From positions 51,274,001 through 51,338,000 of the forward strand of contig NC_043003.1 of the NCBI RefSeq assembly GCF_006345805.1: 64,000 bases of DNA, in the 5' to 3' direction. Both the position numbers and the translations under genes were made by a program. Shown piece after piece: positions 55,301-64,000 of the stretch. The DNA is from Octopus sinensis. Lineage: Eukaryota. The notes under the pieces are model-generated. The model was not told the DNA's origin, did not search any database, and saw only the letters and a program-made list of their open reading frames with translations. Numbering within the stretch: position 1 is the first letter of the stretch; the number at the start of each line of letters is the position of its first letter.

Positions 55301-58300
55301 GAACAGCCCTTCAAAATAAGCACGAAATATACAAACATTTTTTATTGCAATAACACAAACGCACATGGAAAAAATAATGATGCTAAGATTCTCTCTGGTC
55401 GAACACAGCTTCTCTATTCACAAATAATACAGAATAGCCCTTCAAAATAAGCACGAAATATACAAACATTTTTTATTGCAATAACACAAACGCACATGGA
55501 AAAATAATGATGCTAAGATTCTCTCTGGTCGAACACAGCTTCTCTATTCACAAATAATACAGAACAGCCCTTCAAAATAAGCACGAAATATACAAACATT
55601 TTTTATTGCAATAACACAAACGCACATGGAAAAAATAATGATGCTAAGATTCTCTCTGGTCGAACACAGCTTCTCTATTCACAAATAATACAGAACAGCC
55701 CTTCAAAATAAGCACGAAATATACAAACATTTTTTATTGCAATAACACAAACGCACATGGAAAAAATAATGATGCTAAGATTCTCTCTGGTCGAACACAG
55801 CTTCTCTATTCACAATAATACAGAACAGCCCTTCAAAATAAGCACGAAATATACAAACATTTTTTATTGCAATAACACAAACGCACATGGAAAAAATAAT
55901 GATGCTAAGATTCTCTCTGGTCGAACACAGCTTCTCTATTCACAAATAATACAGAACAGCCCTTCAAAATAAGCACGAAATATACAAACATTTTTTATTG
56001 CAATAACACAAACGCACATGGAAAAAATAATGATGCTAAGATTCTCTCTGGTCGAACACAGCTTCTCTATTCACAAATAATACAGAATAGCCCTTCAAAA
56101 TAAGCACGAAATATACAAACATTTTTTATTGCAATAACACAAACGCACATGGAAAAATAATGATGCTAAGATTCTCTCTGGTCGAACACAGCTTCTCTAT
56201 TCACCAATAATACAGAATAGCCCTTCAAAATAAGCACGAAATATACAAACTTTTTTATTGCAATAACACAAACGCACATGGAAAAAAATAATGATGCTAA
56301 GATTCTCTCTGGTCGAACACAGCTTCTCTATTCACAAATAATACAGAACAGCCCTTCAAAATAAGCACGAAATATACAAACATTTTTTATTGCAATAAAA
56401 CAAACGCACATGGAAAAAATAATGATGCTAAGATTCTCTCTGGTCGAACACAGCTTCTCTATTCACAAATAATACAGAATAGCCCTTCAAAATAAGCACG
56501 AAATATACAAACTTTTTTATTGCAATAACACAAACGCACATGGAAAAAATAATGATGCTAAGATTCTCTCTGGTCGAACACAGCTTCTCTATTCACAAAT
56601 AATACAGAATAGCCCTTCAAAATAAGCACGAAATATACAAACATTTTTTATTGCAATAACACAAACGCACATGGAAAAAATAATGATGCTAAGATTCTCT
56701 CTGGTCGAACACAGCTTCTCTATTCACAATAATACAGAAGATAGCCCTTCAAAATAAGCACGAAATATACAAACATTTTTTATTGCAATAACACAAACGC
56801 ACATGGAAAAAATAATGATGCTAAGATTCTCTCTGGTCGAACACAGCTTCTCTATTCACAAATAATACAGAATAGCCCTTCAAAATAAGCACGAATATAC
56901 AAACACTTTTTTTTGCAATAACACAAACGCACATGGAAAAAATAATGATGCTAAGATTCTCTCTGGTCGAACACAGCTTCTCTATTCACAAATAATACAG
57001 AACAGCCCTTCAAAATAAGCACGAAATATACAAACATTTTTTATTGCAATAACACAAACGCACATGGAAAAAATAATGATGCTAAGATTCTCTCTGGTCG
57101 AACACAGCTTCTCTATTCAAAATATTACAGAATAGCCCTTCAAAATAAGCACGAAATATACAAACATTTTTTATTGCAATAACACAAACGCACATGGAAA
57201 AAATAATGATGCTAAGATTCTCTCTGGTCGTCGAACACAGCTTCTCTATTCACAAATAATACAGAATAGCCCTTCAAAATAAGCACGAAATATACAAACA
57301 CTTTTTATTGCAATAACACAAACGCACATGCAAAAAATAATGATGCTAAGATTCTCTCTCTCGTCGAACACAGCTTCTCTATTCACAAATAATACAGAAT
57401 AGCCCTTCAAAATAAGCACGAAATATACAAACACTTTTTATTGCAATAACACAAACGCACATGGAAAAATAATGATGCTAAGATTCTCTCTGGTCGAACA
57501 CAGCTTCTCTATTCACAAATAATACAGAATAGCCCTTCAAAATAAGCACGAAATATACAAACACTTTTTATTGCAATAACACAAACGCACATGGAAAAAA
57601 TAATGATGCTAAGATTCTCTCTGGTCGAACACAGCTTCTCTATTCACAAATAATACAGAACAGCCCTTCAAAATAAGCACGAAATATACAAACATTTTTT
57701 ATTGCAATAACACAAACGCACATGGAAAAAATAATGATGCTAAGATTCTCTCTGGTCGAACACAGCTTCTCTATTCACAAATAATACAGAACAGCCCTTC
57801 AAAATAAGCACGAAATATACAAACATTTTTTATTGCAATAACACAAACGCACATGGAAAAAATAATGATGCTAAGATTCTCTCTGGTCGAACACAGCTTC
57901 TCTATTCACAAATAATACAGAATAGCCCTTCAAAATAAGCACGAAATATACAAACATTTTTTATTGCAATAACACAAACGCACATGGAAAAAATAATGAT
58001 GCTAAGATTCTCTCTGGTCGAACACAGCTTCTCTATTCACAAATAATACAGAACAGCCCTTCAAAATAAGCACGAAATATACAAACATGTTTTATTGCAA
58101 TAACACAAACGCACATGGAAAAAATAATGATGCTAAGATTCTCTCTGGTCGAACACAGCTTCTCTATTCACAAAAATACAGAATAGCCCTTCAAAATAAG
58201 CACGAAATATACAAACATTTTTATTGCAATAACACAAACGCACATGGAAAAAATAATGATGCTAAGATTCTCTCTGGTCGAACACAGCTTCTCTATTCAC

Positions 58301-61300
58301 AAATAATACAGAACAGCCCTTCAAAATAAGCACGAAATATACAAACATTTTTATTGCAATAACACAAACGCACATGGCAAAAATAATGATGCTAAGATTC
58401 TCTCTGGTCGAACACAGCTTCTCTATTCACAAATAATACAGAACAGCCCTTCAAAATAAGCACGAAATATACAAACATTTTTTATTGCAATAACACAAAC
58501 GCACATGGAAAAAATAATGATGCTAAGATTCTCTCTGGTCGAACACAGCTTCTCTATTCACAAATAATACAGAATAGCCCTTCAAAATAATACGAAATAT
58601 ACAAACATTTTTTATTGCAATAACACAAACGCACATGGAAAAATAATGATGCTAAGATTCTCTCTGGTCGAACACAGCTTCTCTATTCACAAATAATACA
58701 GAACAGCCCTTCAAAATAAGCACGAAATATACAAACATTTTTTATTGCAATAACACAAAACGCACATGGAAAAATAATGATGCTAAGATTCTCTCTGGTC
58801 GAACCACAGCTTCTCTATTCACAAATAATACAGAACAGCCCTTCAAAATAAGCACGAAATATACAAACATTTTTTATTGCAATAACACAAACGCACATGG
58901 AAAAATAATGATGCTAAGATTCTCTCTGGTCGAACACAGCTTCTCTATTCACAAATAATACAGAACAGCCCTTCAAAATAAGTTAAGAAAATTTAAAATT
59001 TACATATCTACATTTTCAATCATACATTCGACCAGCTTTATACCCATAATTGCCTCTGTAAAGATCTTTATTTATTATTTTTTTTCTTCTCTCAAAAACA
59101 TCACGCTTTTCTTTTTTCTTTCTTTTTGTGGACTTACAAACGCTAAAACTTTATGAAAATCTGACTTTTCTCTGCTTCTCCTTGAATATTGAAATATATG
59201 TAAAATATACTTTTTATTGTAAAAACACACACCTGTTCTTCTAACTGGACATAAACATCTCTAGAAAAGTCAACTTCAACCTCCACAAATATTACCTTAC
59301 AGGAAATATACAAACACTTTTTATTGCAATAACACAAACGCACATGGAAAAAAAATGTTGATGCTACGATTCTCTCTGGTCGAACACACTTCTCTATTCA
59401 CAAATATACAGAATAGCCCTTCAAAAAGCACGAATATACAAACACTTTTTATTGCAATAACACAACGCACATGGAAAAAATAATGATGCTAAGATTCTCT
59501 CTGGTCGAACACAGCTTCTCTATTCACAAATAATACAGAACAGCCCTTCAAAATAAGCACGAAATATACAAACATTTTTTATTGCAATAACACAAACGCA
59601 CATGGATAAAATAATGATGCTAAGATTCTCTCTGGTCGAACACAGCTTCTCTATTCACAAATAATACAGAACAGCCCTTCAAAATAAGCACGAAATATAC
59701 AAACATGTTTTATTGCAATAACACAAACGCACATGGAAAAAATAACGATGCTAATATTCTCTCTGGTCGAACACAGCTTCTCTATTCACAAATAATACAG
59801 AACAGCCCTTCAAAATAAGCACGAAATATACAAACATTTTTTATTGCAATAACACAAACGCACATGGAAAAAATAATGATGCTAAGATTCTCTCTGGTCG
59901 AACACAGCTTCTCTATTCACAAATAATACAGAATAGCCCTTCAAAATAAGCACGAAATATACAAACATTTTTTATTGCAATAACACAAACGCACATGGAA
60001 AAAATAATGATGCTAAGATTCTCTCTGGTCGAACACAGCTTCTCTATTCACAAATAATACAGAACAGCCCTTCAAAATAAGCACGAAATATACAAACATG
60101 TTTTATTGCAATAACACAAACGCACATGGAAAAAATAATGATGCTAAGATTCTCTCTGGTCGAACACAGCTTCTCTATTCACAAATAATACAGAATAGCC
60201 CTTCAAAATAAGCACGAAATATACAAACATTTTTTATTGCAATAACACAAACGCACATGGAAAAAATAATGATGCTAAGATTCTCTCTGGTCGAACACAA
60301 CTTCTCTATTCACAAACAATACAGAACAGCCCTTCAAAATAAGCACGAAATATACAAACATTTTTTATTGCAATAACACAAACGCACATGGCAAAAATAA
60401 TGATGCTAAGATTCTCTCTGGTCGAACACAGCTTCTCTATTCACAAATAATACAGAACAGCCCTTCAAAATAAGCACGAAATATACAAACATTTTTTATT
60501 GCAATAACACAAACGCACATGGAAAAAATAATGATGCTAAGATTCTCTCTGGTCGAACACAGCTTCTCTATTCACAAATAATACAGAATAGCCCTTCAAA
60601 AAAGCACGAAATATACAAACATTTTTTATTGCAATAACACAAACCCACATGGAAAAAATAATGATGCTAAGATTCTCTCTGGTCGAACACAGCTTCTCTA
60701 TTCACAAATAATACAGAACAGCCCTTCAAAATAAGCACGAAATATACAAACATTTTTTATTGCAATAACACAAACGCACATGGAAAAATAATGATGCTAA
60801 GATTCTCTCTGGTCGAACACAGCTTCTCTATTCACAAATAATACAGAACAGCCCTTCAAAATAAGCACGAAATATACAAACATTTTTTATTGCAATAACA
60901 CAAACGCACATGGCAAAAATAATGATGCTAAGATTCTCTCTGGTCGAACACAGCTTCTCTATTCACAAATAATACAGAACAGCCCTTCAAAATAAGCACG
61001 AAATATACAAACATTTTTTATTGCAATAACACAAACGCACATGGAAAAAATAATGATGCTAAGATTCTCTCTGGTCGAACACAGCTTCTCTATTCACAAA
61101 TAATACAGAACAGCCCTTCAAAATAAGCACGAAATATACAAACATTTTTTATTGCAATAACACAAACGCACATGGAAAAATAATGATGCTAAGATTCTCT
61201 CTGGTCGACCACAGCTTCTCTATTCACAAATAATACAGAACAGCCCTTCAAAATAAGCACGAAATATACAAACATTTTTTATTGCAATAACACAAACGCA

Positions 61301-63329
61301 CATGGAAAAAATAATGATGCTAAGACTCTCTCTGGTCGAACACAGCTTCTCTATTCACAAATAATACAGAACAGCCCTTCAAAATAAGCACGAAATATAC
61401 AAACATTTTTTATTGCAATAACACAAACGCACATGGAAAAAATAATGATGCTAAGATTCTCTCTGGTCGAACACAGCTTCTCTATTCACAAATAATACAG
61501 AACAGCCCTTCAAAATAAGCACGAAATATACAAACATTTTTTATTGCAATAACACAAACGCACATGGAAAAAATAATGATGCTAAGATTCTCTCTGGTCG
61601 AACACAGCTTCTCTATTCACAAATAATACAGAACAGCCCTTCAAAATAAGTTAAGAAAATTTACAAATTTACATATCTACAGTTTTCAATCATACATTCG
61701 ACCAGCTTTAATACCCACAATTGCCTCTGTAAACATCCTTTATTTATTATTTTTTTTCTTCTCTCTAAAAACATCACGCTTTTCTTTTTTTTTTTTCTTT
61801 TTGTGGACTTACAAAACCTAAAACTTTCTATGAAAATCTGACTTTTCTCTGTTCCCCCTGAATATTGAAATATAAATGTAAACATATACTTTTTGTAACA
61901 AAAACACACTGTTCTTCTAACTGGACATACAAACATCTCTAGAAAAGTCAACTTCAACCTCCACAATATTACCTTACAGGAAATATACAAACACTTTTTA
62001 TTGCAATAACACAAACGCACATGGAAAAAAAAATGTTGATGCTACGATTCTCTCTGGTCGAACACAACTTCTCTATTCACAAACAATACAGAATAGCCCT
62101 TCAAAATAAGCACGAAATATACAAACTTTTTTTATTGCAATAACACAAACGCACATGGAAAAAATAATGATGCTAAGATTCTCTCTGGTCGAACACAGCT
62201 TCTCTATTCACAAATAATACAGAACAGCCCTTCAAAATAAGCACGAAATATACAAACATTTTTTATTGCAATAACACAAACGCACATGGAAAAAATAATG
62301 ATGCTAAGATTCTCTCTGGTCGAGCACAGCTTCTCTATTCACAAATAATACAGAACAGCCCTTCAAAATAAGCACGAAATATACAACATTTTTTATTGCA
62401 ATAACACAAACGCACATGGAAAAAGAAAGATGCTAAGATTCTCTCTGGTCGAACACAGCTTCTCTATTCACAAATAATACAGAACAGCCCTTCAAAATAA
62501 GCACGAAATATACAAACATTTTTTATTGCAATAACACAAACGCACATGAAAAAATAATGATGCTAAGATTCTCTCTGGTCGAACACAGCTTCTCTATTCA
62601 CAAATAATACAGATAGCCCTTCAAAATAAGCACGAAATATACAAACATTTTTTATTGCAATAACACAAACGCACATGGAAAAAATAAAGATGCTAAGATT
62701 CTCTCTGGTCGAACACAGCTTCTCTATTCACAAATAATACAGAACAGCCCTTCAAAATAAGTACGAAATATACAAACATTTTTTATTGCAATAACACAAA
62801 CGCACATGGAAAAAATAATGATGCTAAGATTCTCTCTGGTCGAACACAGCTTCTCTATTCACAAATAATACAGAACAGCCCTTCAAAACAAGTTAAGAAA
62901 ATTTACAAATTTACATATCTACAGTTTTCAATCATACATTCGACCAGCTTTAATACCCACAATTGCCTCTGTAAACATCCTTTATTTATTATTTTTTTAT
63001 CTTCTCTCTAAAAACATCACTTTTTTCTTTTTTTTTTTTTTCTTTTGTGGACTTACAAAACCCTAAATCTTTCTATGAAAATCTGACTTTTCTCTGCTTC
63101 CTCCCTGAATATTCAAATATAAATGTAAACATATACTTTTTATTGTAAAAACACACCTGTTCTTCTAACTGGACATACAAACATCTCTAGAAAAGTCAAC
63201 TTCAACCTCCATATACAAACACTTTTTATTGCAATAACACAAACGCACATGGAAAAAAAAAATGTTGATGCTACGATTCTCTCTGGTCGAACACAACTTC
63301 TCTATTCACAAACAATACAGAACCGCCCT
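43382..63329. repeat. 131-bp tandem satellite, ~145 monomers (consensus TTCTCTATTCACAAATAATACAGAA(T/C)AGCCCTTCAAAATAAGCACGAAATATACAAACA(C/T)TTTTTATTGCAATAACACAAACGCACATGGAAAAAATAATGATGCTAAGATTCTCTCTGGTCGAACACAGC)
   Basis: Period measured directly (TTCAAAATAAG at 45241 and 45372). Monomers are highly homogeneous; copy number is estimated from length. Confidence 0.97.
58983..59302. repeat. ~320-bp module interrupting the satellite (further copies 61651-61979 and 62893-63210)
   Basis: Three near-identical copies, each starting TTAAGAAAATTTA at the same monomer position (after AAAA(T/C)AAG) and each followed by the same diverged monomer. Confidence 0.95.
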
Positions 63330-63464
63330 TCCTTAATTTTTCTTAAGCCTAATAGTAGTAAACATCTGAACTTTTTTTGAGCGATAGGACCGCACCTAAA
63401 GGAAAAAAAGGAAAGACAGTCAGCCAGCCAACCACCAAGCCAGCCAACGAGACAGACAGACACT

Positions 63465-63690
63465 ACTGTGATGGTGATAATGATAAAAAAACAAAAATAA
63501 CAATAATAAGATACTGCTGTGACTACACATAAAACAATATCATTGATGATGATGGTGGTGATGGTGATGGTGATGATGATAATGATGATGGTAATGGTGG
63601 TGATAATGATGATAGTGATGGTAGTGGTGATGATAATTATAATAATAAGCCGACTACGGCTGCTATAATGGTACGATTATAATTGTAACG
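63465..63690. repeat. Compound trinucleotide microsatellite (TGA/TGG/TAA)n
   Basis: Direct reading. Confidence 0.85.
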
Positions 63691-63757
63691 GCAATGATGG
63701 CCGTCTCCACACGAGCCAATCAAAGCTAAAAAATGATAACATTATCGTAGCACCAAA

Positions 63758-64000
63758 ATGTTTTTGGAAACTAAAAGGAAAACTAAATTAGTATACCAAA
63801 TCGCTTGTCCTATGGTTAATCTGGAAGCGCGTCCCCCAGGGAAGAGCCAGCCTGGGATCGAAAAGTCATCAACTGGCACAAACTCTTCTCCGAATACGGA
63901 CATGGATGGTCACTTGAACGGGAAATCCCCCAACTTGAGCCCTCCAAGTTCACCACCACAACCACCACAGAAAGAAAAATGTAAGCGGAACAAATGGACC
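63758..64000 (+). mobile_element. ORF open to the window edge (MFLETKRK...MVNLEARPPGKSQPG...KCKRNKWT); possible N-terminus of an R4/Dong-clade non-LTR retrotransposon
   Basis: 81 codons with no stop; ATG in CACCAAAATG context. A Pro/Ser-rich leader ending in KRNKWT resembles the 'R.KWT.EEN' start of R4/Dong ORFs as I recall it. Only 63-81 aa are visible. Confidence 0.4.

Noticed and set aside
58971-59300. The module read as a GT..AG intron on the minus strand (CCT|GTAAGG ... TTTTGAAG|G)
   Set aside because: Excision would not restore the monomer, copy 3 lacks the donor, and the same bases also look like a + strand acceptor. Likely chance in AT-rich DNA.
43382-63329. CRISPR array, or coding repeat (ORFs such as MFVYFVLILKG.. 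and MEKIMMLRFS..)
   Set aside because: There are no unique spacers. The 131-bp period is not a multiple of 3 and stops recur in every frame. The context is eukaryotic.

Overview
Eukaryotic, AT-rich, repeat-dense genomic DNA, most likely octopus or another coleoid cephalopod (inferred from the SINE/LINE repeat families, not proven). There are no prokaryotic features. Bases 1-31.4 kb hold a spliced + strand TMEM59/TMEM59L (BSMAP-family) gene. Five phase-compatible coding exons lie at 22508-29881, and the 5' coding exon is unresolved (candidate at 661-932). The introns are filled with SINEs, RTE/RTEX LINE fragments, a decayed Gypsy pol, MITEs and a small Helitron. Bases 31.4-43.2 kb are a TE graveyard with nested and foldback structures. 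After a 100-N gap, 43382-63329 is a ~20 kb tandem array of a 131-bp satellite (~145 monomers). Its distal end is interrupted three times by a ~320-bp module plus a diverged monomer, which looks like the ancestral unit the satellite grew from. The window ends with a trinucleotide microsatellite and the start of an ORF resembling an R4/Dong-clade retroelement.
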